From the NCBI GenBank assembly GCA_046328535.1, contig JAXLWJ010000017.1, positions 26,993-90,992 on the forward strand: a DNA stretch of 64,000 nucleotides. Direction: 5' to 3'. Positions 17,128 through 25,190 of the stretch are shown here, one piece after another. A program made the position numbers and the translations under genes. The notes under the pieces were generated by a model that worked only from the letters and a program-made list of their open reading frames with translations, was not told where the DNA came from and made no database searches. Every line of letters starts with the position of its first letter. Position 1 is the first letter of the stretch. Origin of the DNA: Anaerolineae bacterium (GTDB lineage Bacteria > Chloroflexota > Anaerolineae > Epilineales > JAHCIE01).

Positions 17128-18402
17128 TCAAACGCGCTGCGTTCCATACCAGTTCGATGTGTCATTGCTGGTGCAGTTGTTGTCGCAAAAAATGCCCATA
17201 ATCGTGTGAGCGCCCCGTTCCCAGCGGACGACGAGTTGATTGAACTGCTGGGCCGATCCCAAGTCCACCTTGAACCACTGCGCGCCCGACACATTGCGGA
17301 CGACCAGCGCGTTCCGGGCGCATTACCGTCGTTGCCGTAACGATAGGGAAAGTACGGATCGCTGGACGTGGCCCAGGATGACTTGCCCCGCGCCAGGTTC
17401 GTGTTGCTTCCGCTGCTGCTATCCTTGATGTAGCACGCCTTGGTGGTACCGGGTATCGGGTCGCCGAAGACATTGTTGTTGCAGTCTATGCCGCCGCTCA
17501 CACCAGTGCGGTAGTTGAACCGGCTATTCGCGCCGTAGGCGACATCCTTCGTGCCGCTGAAGTTGCAGCGCTGCCCTTCCTGGGCGCAATAGGCATAGCC
17601 CGACGGCCCGCCGCTGGTGCTGCTGGTCATTGACAGGCTCAGATTGTAGCCACCCGTGCTGCCGTTGTTGTGGCTCTGGGCGACGATGCGGTAGCGGCCG
17701 TTTTGGGGCAGCGCGAACCCGTTGATGAACGAGTTGGTATTACCGCCGCTGTCGTCGTCTTGGGTCACCAGATTGCCATTCGGGGCATACAGGTAGAGGT
17801 AACTGTCGAGGTTGCCGCTCGTGCGGTTCATGCGGATGAAGACCGACTGACTGGTATTGCCGTCGAAGTAGTACGTATCCTGATCATTGGCCGGGTTGAT
17901 CGTACCGGCCAGTGTCTGCCCGGCGGACAGCACACGGTTATCATCAGGGTCGGAACTGCCCGCGGATGGGGTCGTGATGCACGCCCAATCCGTCCACGGC
18001 GAGTCCCCCGCTCCATTGTGGGCGTACAGATGATAGCAATGATAGGAGTTGGGAGCGATTCCGCCGACGGTGTAGTATGTCATGTTGGCGCTGACAGAGG
18101 CGATGCGCGCGCTACCGTCATAGACCTCGAAGCTAGTCTCGTTGCTGGAGTTATCGTTCCAATCGAGACGTACAACGGTCGGGCTAAGCGCCGTCGCCCG
18201 GAGGTTGCTGGGGGCGGCGGGGGTGGCTGACGAATGTGAGCGCACGAACGCCCCTGGGTTTGTATATCCCTTCTGGTCAGGATTCACGGTCGTATAGCCA
18301 GGCCCAGGAACTCCTGGATGGCTGTTGGGATTGCTACAGAAGTTGGAACCATCACGAAAGTAGCGCATTTCCCAGTGTACGTGAGTGTTGCTACCCTGAT
18401 TA
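17128..18402 (-). pseudogene. 3' fragment of an IS-disrupted multidomain secreted M23 peptidase (HxH motif, FN3, PPC-like, Cys-rich and F5/8-type-C/discoidin domains), with an extra frameshift near 17296-17304
   Basis: In-frame NQGSNTHVHWEMRYF precedes ORF 17112..18368. FN3-like APSNLRATALSPTVVRLDWNDNSSNETSFEVY. The discoidin end QWFKVDLGSAQQFNQLVVRWE... is only readable in another frame and stops at 17128. Confidence 0.8.
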
Positions 18403-20152
18403 GAGGGATGGACCTAACATGGCGTCATGATGGGGGGCGGCACAAAACATAAGCGAGGCCGAGGGGCGGGCGACAGGGCGGAGCGGGGCGCAGAGGGTCA
18501 GCTGACGGGGCCGGCGAGCGGCGGTGGGGCGTCGGACAGACGGTATCGGCGGCGGCTCTGGGCCAGGGTCGGCGTCGCTGGCCGACGGAGACACAGACGG
18601 GCCTGCTTCGCGCGGGCAAGCGCCGCTGAAGAGGGGTGGTCTCGGATGTGATTGAGGAGTGTTCACCTGAGCCAGGGAGCGCACCGCAGAGGCGACACAT
18701 CCCCACGACCGCTCGTTGACGAAGCGAAGCGGTGTCAGCCCACCGGGTCAGGTCGGTCTAGCCGAGGCGATGCGCTGCCGCCTGAGCCGACGCGCGGGTG
18801 TGAGCGCGGACGCGGCCGAGCGCCCGCAGGTTGAGCAGGACATAGATGAGCGTGTTGTGGTTGGTGATCGAGCGCTCGTTGCGGAGGTAGGGTCGCTCGA
18901 TACCCAACTCCTTGGCCTGGGAGTTGATGCGCTCGTCAACGGTGCGCTGCTTGTAGACGGCCTGGAAGGCGTCGCTTTCGCGGTCGAGAGTGTAGCGGAG
19001 GCGAGCGCCGATGGACGTACCCAGGGTGGTGACGCAGCCGCCGTCGGCCCAGTGCTTATCGGCGCTAGGACAGACCTCACCCGTCGGGGACGGGAAGAGC
19101 AGCGGGCAGACGTAGCGCCCCTTCTCGTGGGGGACGAGGCTGGTGCGCTCGACGAAGGTCGCCTTCAGGGGCATGGCGAGACCGGCGGCGCAGCGGGGCA
19201 GACCCTGAGCGTCGAAGGTGCGGTGGGCATGCTGGCCCTTGGCGACGAAGGGGACGGCGGCGAAACCGCCCGCGTTGTGGAAGGCGTCGTAGACATAGAA
19301 GGCGTCGAACGCCGCGTCGAACGCGCCGAAGGGGGGATGGAACCCAAGCCGCCGCTGCGTGTCGGCCATGAGGGGCTGGAAGGTGCTGATGTCGGCCTTG
19401 TCGAACGTCTGGGTGCGCTCGGCGAGGACGACCTCGGCGATGGGGGTGTGGTCGGGGGCGAGGACGCGGGTGGCGACGACGCCGGAGGCGTAGCCCCAGT
19501 AGAGGTCGGGATGGCCGACCTGTTGCGAGGCCGGCTGGGGGTTGGTGGAGGGGGTGGACGGGGCGTCGGCTTCGGGCGAGCGGTTGGCGCGGGACTTGAC
19601 GCCGAGCTTGCAGTCGGGGTCGCCTTTGGGCTGGCGGGTCTTGTCGTAGCGCCCCTTGACAAAGGCCTTGGGGTTGTTCTCCTGGACCCAGGCCAGGATG
19701 TGCTTGGTGTCACCGGCCACGACGTGGCCGAAGGAGGCGCGCCCGTCGTCGGGCAGTGCGTCGGCGATGAGGCGGACGCTGGCATCCAGGAGGAACTGCA
19801 GGCTGTCGTTGGGCAGCGCGCGCAGGACGCGGCCGAGGTGCTTGCGGGAGGGGAGCCGGGCGGGGTCGAAGCCCAGCAGCGTGGCTAACATCGGGTGATC
19901 CAGAAGATACTGGCGCAGATCCGTCATGTAGCGCAGCTGCGCGTCGAGCTTGACCAGGTAGGCGGCGACATAGGCGGCGCGGGGGTAGTCGGGCGTCGGC
20001 CCCGGCCAGGGACGGTTGGGGTCGCGTTCGGGGAAGTGCGCCCAGTCGAGGTCGTGGAGGAGACGGTAGTACCTCAGCGCGACGGGACAGGCGCAGACGG
20101 CAGCGGGGAGGTCAGCCTCGGCCAGGGTCAACGGGCGCGACGCCGAGGGGAC
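18403..20152 (-). mobile_element. 1750-bp insertion sequence (IS4 superfamily DDE transposase) flanked by a 5-bp direct duplication GATTA
   Basis: GATTA at 18398-18402 and 20153-20157. Excising the element restores one continuous peptidase frame. No convincing terminal inverted repeats were found by eye. Confidence 0.8.
18758..20131 (-). CDS. DDE transposase, IS4/IS5/IS1182-like
   Basis: 457-aa ORF (TTG start). AGDTKHI, GAFDAAFDAFYVYD, and an exact Y-x2-R-x3-E-x6-K signature in YKQRTVDERINSQAK. Confidence 0.85.
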   Translation of the reverse strand: MTLAEADLPAAVCACPVALRYYRLLHDLDWAHFPERDPNRPWPGPTPDYPRAAYVAAYLVKLDAQLRYMTDLRQYLLDHPMLATLLGFDPARLPSRKHLGRVLRALPNDSLQFLLDASVRLIADALPDDGRASFGHVVAGDTKHILAWVQENNPKAFVKGRYDKTRQPKGDPDCKLGVKSRANRSPEADAPSTPSTNPQPASQQVGHPDLYWGYASGVVATRVLAPDHTPIAEVVLAERTQTFDKADISTFQPLMADTQRRLGFHPPFGAFDAAFDAFYVYDAFHNAGGFAAVPFVAKGQHAHRTFDAQGLPRCAAGLAMPLKATFVERTSLVPHEKGRYVCPLLFPSPTGEVCPSADKHWADGGCVTTLGTSIGARLRYTLDRESDAFQAVYKQRTVDERINSQAKELGIERPYLRNERSITNHNTLIYVLLNLRALGRVRAHTRASAQAAAHRLG

Positions 20153-21194
20153 GATTAATCATCGTACCGATCTTGACTTCCTTGGCAACACTCCGCCCTT
20201 GAGCCACAGACACAGACGTCAAGTGACCGTACATCGAGTAGATTGTGCTTCCATCAGGTAGGGTGTGCTTGATAATCACAACACGACCTGGATAATCGTA
20301 CGTCGCGTCGTACCACTCTACAGTGCCATCCGCCACTGCCCGAACCTCAGTCCCCGATGCCCCCATCCAATCTTCTCCATCGTGATAGAGGGACCTCCAA
20401 GGCGTCGGAGTGTAGCAGGGCGGGATCCCATCTTTATTCGGGCGCTCACCATAGTCGTAGCCCGCACTCCGGCTGCCAGCAACTGGATATGTAAATACAG
20501 TTGCAGCAGCAGTTGTACTTTCTCTGAGTGGTTGGACTTGTGGTAAACTCCCGTCTTTCTCACCCGGCGCCACCATGAAGTCCGTCGCAGCATCTTCGAA
20601 CTGGACGGTCGCCAGCACCTTATCGAGTATTACCGCCATGTCGGACTTGCCATCCGCTCCGCAGCAACTACCGACGAGAGAGAATCGATAGACGAAAGGG
20701 CCGCGCGAAACATATGTGCTGTTCACTACGGCCCCAAACGAACGACTGACTCGTACGGCCGGTATCCCTCCAACCAGGACGTTCTCTGTAGCGATTTTCG
20801 ACTCATCGGCCTCGTCCGTAAGGCGCGAGACTTCTTGGCGGACGAAGGCGTCAACACCGAGCTTCTGGGAATTCTTCTCGATCAGAACAGTTATGCCCGA
20901 ATAATCTTGTGCGTCGGACGGTTGCTGGATTCTAATCTCGTAGAAATGCCACGACGAGTCAATGTATGAGCCAGGATACATTATCCAGGACGACGGGTAC
21001 TGCAAAGCGATTCCTGATACTGTGTCCTTGTACGATTTCCAATCAGCATTCTGTTTGTTGACTGCGTCGGTCGGATTTCCAACCGGACCTTGAGCCATTG
21101 CTGGTAGCGGGCTAATGAATAGAATCAGCATAACCATAATGAACGAGCCGGCGAGTAAGATTGTGAGTCGGCGTTCGGCGGTGATTGGGAACAT
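20153..21194 (-). pseudogene. 5' fragment of the IS-disrupted M23 peptidase (signal peptide, N-terminal domain, HxxxD motif)
   Basis: ORF 20112..21251. Likely start ATG 21194 (MFPITAERRLTILLAGSFIMVMLILFISPLPAMAQG). YHDGEDWMGASGTEVRAVADGTV...KIGTMI, then IS sequence. Confidence 0.8.
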
Positions 21195-21220
21195 GCCATC
21201 CCCCTTCAGATGACCTACGG

Positions 21221-21251
21221 TTGACAAAGAAACGGGCGGTTTCGTTGTCAA
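21221..21251. promoter_or_regulatory. 31-bp palindrome between the response-regulator gene and the peptidase gene
   Basis: TTGACAAAGAAAC-GGGCG-GTTTCGTTGTCAA (13-nt arms, 1 mismatch), 27 nt upstream of peptidase ATG 21194. Confidence 0.55.
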
Positions 21252-21380
21252 GCATTGCTGTACTCAACAGGTGAGAACAGTATACTAGCCTGTTGGTCAT
21301 GCCGCATCGGCCATGCGCGCTGATGTTTCTGTCTGTCAAGGGGTAGGCCATTTCAGGTCCGGCCTATGCCGGTGCGTACG

Positions 21381-22052
21381 TCACGGCAGCAGACCCAGCT
21401 CCCGCGCGGCTTTCGCCGCCTCCCGCCGGTTGTTGACACCGAGTTTGCCCAGGATATTGCCCACGTGGGTCCGCGCCGTGCCGACCGATATGGTCAGCGC
21501 CTCGGCGATCTCCTGGTTCGTCCGGCCTTCGGCCAGCAACTTGAGAACACATATCTCCCGTGGCGTCAGGTCATGCTCCACCGCGGCTCGCGGCGTGAGT
21601 AACGCGGCCAGCTGCTCGCCGCGGAGCGCGACATCGCCGTGCGCCACTTCGAGCAGCGCGTGGTAGAGGTCTTCGACCGGGGCCTCTTTGCTGATGTAAC
21701 CACTCGCGCCCGCTCGCACGGCCTCGATGACCCACGTCGGCTCGATCTCCAGGCTCATCGCCAACAGCCGAAGCTGAGGCGCGATGCTCCGCAGCATTTT
21801 CAAAGTGCTGATCCCGTGGCTGTGGTCCACGTTTCCGTGGGCGTTGTGGGCGAGGCGAAGGGACACCAGGGCGATGTCCGCGTCCACGGCGCCGGCGAGC
21901 GCCACGGCGGCAGTCTGGTGGCGGGCAACGCCGGCGACAATCATCCCGCGCGCGCCCAGGACGGAGTGCAGGCCGATGACAAAAACCTCGCTCGGCTCGA
22001 CAACCAGCACACGAACACCTGGCGCGTCGTCTGTATCGACTCTGTTTTCCAT
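21381..22052 (-). CDS. LuxR/NarL-family response regulator with an atypical (aspartate-less) receiver domain
   Basis: 223-aa ORF. C-terminal HTH LTPREICVLKLLAEGRTNQEIAEALTISVGTARTHVGNILGKLGV. The receiver has EP in place of the DD pair (VLVVEPSE) and S in place of the phospho-acceptor D (DIALVSLRL). K is retained (GYISKE). Confidence 0.8.
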   Translation of the reverse strand: MENRVDTDDAPGVRVLVVEPSEVFVIGLHSVLGARGMIVAGVARHQTAAVALAGAVDADIALVSLRLAHNAHGNVDHSHGISTLKMLRSIAPQLRLLAMSLEIEPTWVIEAVRAGASGYISKEAPVEDLYHALLEVAHGDVALRGEQLAALLTPRAAVEHDLTPREICVLKLLAEGRTNQEIAEALTISVGTARTHVGNILGKLGVNNRREAAKAARELGLLP

Positions 22053-22369
22053 ACCCCCCTCATGAAGCGATTGACGTAGACAACGAAAATAGCCGGCGGC
22101 CGCTCGAAATCGTGGAGCAGCTGCCGGCTGGTTCTATGATACCCATCCACCGCATGGTTCCCCCCCCGTCGTCTCGATGCAGTCCACCGATCCACACGAA
22201 GCCACGCGAGTCCTGATGCTGACAAATGGCCCTTGCGCACCATCGCCACAAAGCCATATGCCCGTTCAATTGTCACCGCGGGTATTATGCCATGCGCTGC
22301 TGTCGCCGTCAACCGAGCGATCATCCCTTACCGTGCAAGCCGTTGCCGCGCCCGCCCGATAAGCGCCGC

Positions 22370-22398
22370 TTGACACGAAACGTTCCGGGTGAGAGAAT
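22370..22398 (+). promoter_or_regulatory. sigma-70-type promoter
   Basis: TTGACA (22370-22375), 17-nt spacer, GAGAAT (22393-22398), ~40 nt upstream of ATG 22439. Confidence 0.55.
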
Positions 22399-22438
22399 CG
22401 TTTGCGAAAGTACAGTTATTCGCTGAGGACACCGACGA

Positions 22439-23215
22439 ATGAAACGATTCTCCCATCTGTGGACGATCTCCGCGCTCGTGGCGCTGCTGGGGCTGGCCGG
22501 CTGCATGCCCTCGTTCCTGACGGGGGGCGGCGTGACGAGCGCGACACCGCCAGCGGCCGCCTCGCCGGTCGCCCTGGCCCCGACGAGCGCCCTGCCGGCC
22601 GCGCCGACCGCCGCCCCGACGATCACTCCCTTGCCGACGGCCTCGCCCGCGCCCACCGCGTCGCCGCCGCCGACCGTTCCGCCGCCGACCGCCGCGCCGA
22701 CGGTCACGCCGACGCCTCCACCGCTCTCGGCCGACGTGAAATTCATCACCACGGTGGATGAGGTGGTGATCCGCGATGGGCCGGGGCCGGACTACAGGCG
22801 CATCGGCCAGGTAGCGGCGGGGCAGCTGGTGAAAGTGACGGGGGTCAGCCCGGACCGCCGCTGGTGGCGGGTGATGTGCGCGAACGAGACGCCGGGGAAC
22901 TGCTGGATGTCCGGTGACCCAAGCCTGACGAAGCCCGCGCCGCCGCCGGCCGGCCCGACGGCCGCGCCCGTCGCGGGCGAGGCGCAGCCGACCGACGTGA
23001 AGTTCGTCATGGCGCTGGACAATGTGGTGGTTCGCGGCGGCCCGGCCGAGCGCGCGCCCAAGATTGGCGTCGTGTACGAGGGGCAGATCGCCAGGGTAAC
23101 GGGCGTGAGCGCCGACAAAGCGTGGTGGCGTGTCATCTGCCCGGACGACAGCGTCGGCGAGTGCTGGATGGCCGCCGACGCGGCGCTGACCAAGCCGACC
23201 GTTCCGCCGCGGTAG
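22439..23215 (+). CDS. lipoprotein with a Pro/Ala/Thr-rich linker and two SH3b-like domains
   Basis: 258-aa ORF with lipobox LGLAGC. An internal repeat occurs twice: DVKF(I/V)..(V)D.VV(I/V)R.GP......IG.V..GQ...VTGVS.D..WWRV.C... Confidence 0.75.
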   Translation: MKRFSHLWTISALVALLGLAGCMPSFLTGGGVTSATPPAAASPVALAPTSALPAAPTAAPTITPLPTASPAPTASPPPTVPPPTAAPTVTPTPPPLSADVKFITTVDEVVIRDGPGPDYRRIGQVAAGQLVKVTGVSPDRRWWRVMCANETPGNCWMSGDPSLTKPAPPPAGPTAAPVAGEAQPTDVKFVMALDNVVVRGGPAERAPKIGVVYEGQIARVTGVSADKAWWRVICPDDSVGECWMAADAALTKPTVPPR

Positions 23216-23274
23216 CGTACATCCCTCGAACGTCGCGGGGAAGAGGTTATGAAACGCAAAGGCGTAGAGACGCG

Positions 23275-23445
23275 ACGCCCCTCCTCCATCCCCCCTTTTG
23301 GCCGTTGCCCCGCCACTCAATTGCCGCCGATGAATTACCCCGATGGGCAACGGCCAAAACCATCCCCCTTCCTCCCCCCACAGGTGGGGGAGGAAGGGGG
23401 AGCCGAGTACAGCGAGGCGGGGGTTGGTGGGGGGGCGGGTCGCCG
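23275..23445. repeat. family C2 element carrying a nested hairpin insertion
   Basis: CCTCCTCCATCCCCCC ... CCCCCTTCCTCCCCCCACAGGTGGGGGAGGAAGGGGGAGCCGAGTACAGCGAGGCGGGGGTTGGTGGGGG. It is interrupted by TTTTGGCCGTTGCCC...GGGCAACGGCCAAAA (23296-23362). Confidence 0.8.
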
Positions 23446-23454
23446 GAGGAGAAC

Positions 23455-24150
23455 ATGGCTACGCTGACTGAGGTAATGGCGATGCTGCGGGCGCAGGCGC
23501 GGCCAGGCGAACTGGAGGGGATGGCCCGCTTCGGCATGACGCCGGACCGCCGCCTGGGTCTCTCCGTCCCGACGATGCGCCAGATCGCCAAGGAGATCGG
23601 CCCGGACCACGCGCTGGCGCTGCAACTCTGGGACACCGGCATCCCCGACGCGCAGATGGTCGCCGCCATGATTGACCGCCCGTCGGAAGTGACCGAGGCG
23701 CAGATGGAAGCGTGGGTCGCCGACTTCAACTCGTGGGACGTGTGCGACCAGGTGTGCGGCAACCTGTTCGAGAAGACGCCTTTCGTCTGGCAGAAGGTCT
23801 ACGAGTGGGCAGCGCGGGACGAGGAGTACGTCCGCCGCGCCGCCTTCGCCATGATCGCCGGGCTGGCCTGGCACGACAAGGGCGCGCCGGACGAGCGGTT
23901 CAGCGCCACGTTCCCCCTCATGAAAGCCGCCGCCACGGACGAGCGCAATTTCGTCAAGAAGGCGGTCAACTGGGCGCTGCGCAACGTCGGCAAACGCAAT
24001 GTCCGCCTGAACGTGGCGGCAATCGAGGCGGCGCGGGACATTCAGGCCCTGGACTCGCGCTCTGCCCGCTGGATCGCCGCCGACGCCCTGCGCGAGCTGC
24101 AGAGCGACGCCGTGCAGCAGCGCCTCCACCCGCCTGGCCCATTCGCGTAA
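23455..24150 (+). CDS. DNA alkylation repair protein (AlkD/AlkC-like HEAT-repeat)
   Basis: ORF 23122..24150. ATG 23455 after GGAGGA. ...FNSWDVCDQVC..., ERNFVKKAVNWALRNVGKRN. Confidence 0.75.
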   Translation: MATLTEVMAMLRAQARPGELEGMARFGMTPDRRLGLSVPTMRQIAKEIGPDHALALQLWDTGIPDAQMVAAMIDRPSEVTEAQMEAWVADFNSWDVCDQVCGNLFEKTPFVWQKVYEWAARDEEYVRRAAFAMIAGLAWHDKGAPDERFSATFPLMKAAATDERNFVKKAVNWALRNVGKRNVRLNVAAIEAARDIQALDSRSARWIAADALRELQSDAVQQRLHPPGPFA

Positions 24151-24244
24151 CTTTTCGTCAGCCCTCGTCGTCCTCTTTGAGTAAGGGGGGCTTACGCAGC
24201 CATCTATCCGTCGCGTCGGGGTTATTGTCATCCTCATCGGTCTG

Positions 24245-25189
24245 ATGGGGATAACGGTGTATGCTCACATTCGCCTTTGGGCGGTTGACACCGCAGGGCG
24301 CGATATCTATTATTCGTGGGTCGAGGGGAGTCGTATTCTTCAGGGTGCAGACCCATACGCTCGCATTCTCGCGGGCGATATGCTGGAAAACGACAAGTAC
24401 GCCACTTATTTTCCCCTGTTCTACCTGCTCTCGGCCGGCAGTCAGGCGCTTGGCTGGCGAGATTATGACAGCTGGCTCGCCGCCTGGCGCGTCATCTTCC
24501 TGGTGTGCCAGGTCGGCATAGGGTTGCTGATCTGGATCATCTACGCGCAATATCGTCAGTGGCTTGCCGGCCTGTTGGCGGCGATGTTGTGGTGGCTGAA
24601 CAGCTGGTCGCTGATTGTTACGTATATTGCCCACCTGGACACGATACCCATACTTTTTCTGGTGATGTCACTTTATTGGTTGGACAAGCGGCCCAAAACG
24701 GCGCTGCTGTTGTTGAGCCTGTCGCTGGCTCTCAAGCAGATCGCGATCTTCGTTGCGCCGCTCTATCTGATCTGGATATGGCGGGCGTCGCGCCAGCGGC
24801 GGGACATCGCGGCGGCCATACTCATCCTTGTCAGCGTACCGCTTGTCACGTCATTGCCGTTCCTGGCCTGGTCCGCCGAAGGCTATATCAAGTCCATTTC
24901 ATTTTCCATGACCCGTTTCGCTTATGTGGAACAGTCCATCGGGGTCATCTTGTTTGGGAGTGGCGGCCTCTTGAGCCGCCTGCCTATGCTTGTTGGGTGT
25001 GGGTTTGTCTATCTCCTCGCCTGGCGCGGTGTGTTGGGGCGCTATACCAGTAGCATGCTCAGTATGCTGGCCTTTGGTTTGCTGACACCGGTCTTTTTCG
25101 TTCAGTACATGATCTGGATCATCGCGCTCATTCTCCTGACGCCGTGCGACATGTTCATGCGTCAGCCCACGCTTCAGGCCGACGTGTGA
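24245..25189 (+). CDS. polytopic membrane protein, GT-C-like glycosyltransferase (DUF2029/GT87-like); start uncertain
   Basis: 314-aa ORF with ~8 hydrophobic helices. The frame is open upstream to the TAA at 24182 and encodes more TM-like sequence without a canonical start. Confidence 0.6.
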   Translation: MGITVYAHIRLWAVDTAGRDIYYSWVEGSRILQGADPYARILAGDMLENDKYATYFPLFYLLSAGSQALGWRDYDSWLAAWRVIFLVCQVGIGLLIWIIYAQYRQWLAGLLAAMLWWLNSWSLIVTYIAHLDTIPILFLVMSLYWLDKRPKTALLLLSLSLALKQIAIFVAPLYLIWIWRASRQRRDIAAAILILVSVPLVTSLPFLAWSAEGYIKSISFSMTRFAYVEQSIGVILFGSGGLLSRLPMLVGCGFVYLLAWRGVLGRYTSSMLSMLAFGLLTPVFFVQYMIWIIALILLTPCDMFMRQPTLQADV

Positions 25190-25190
25190 T

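Noticed and set aside
18400-18706. 93-94-aa ORFs in the non-coding arm of the IS.
   Set aside because: Overlapping frames, Arg/Pro-rich composition, no RBS and no family resemblance.
18403-20152. Terminal inverted repeats of the IS.
   Set aside because: Comparing the first ~30 nt with the reverse complement of the last ~30 nt gave no convincing match. Only a short CGYCCGTTGAC-like similarity appears near 18709, and it is not at the element end. The IRs are left uncalled.
21941-22324. 127-aa ORF upstream of and overlapping the response-regulator gene start.
   Set aside because: It overlaps the regulator's N-terminus out of frame, and has no RBS and no recognisable motifs. The region is better explained as promoter/leader DNA.
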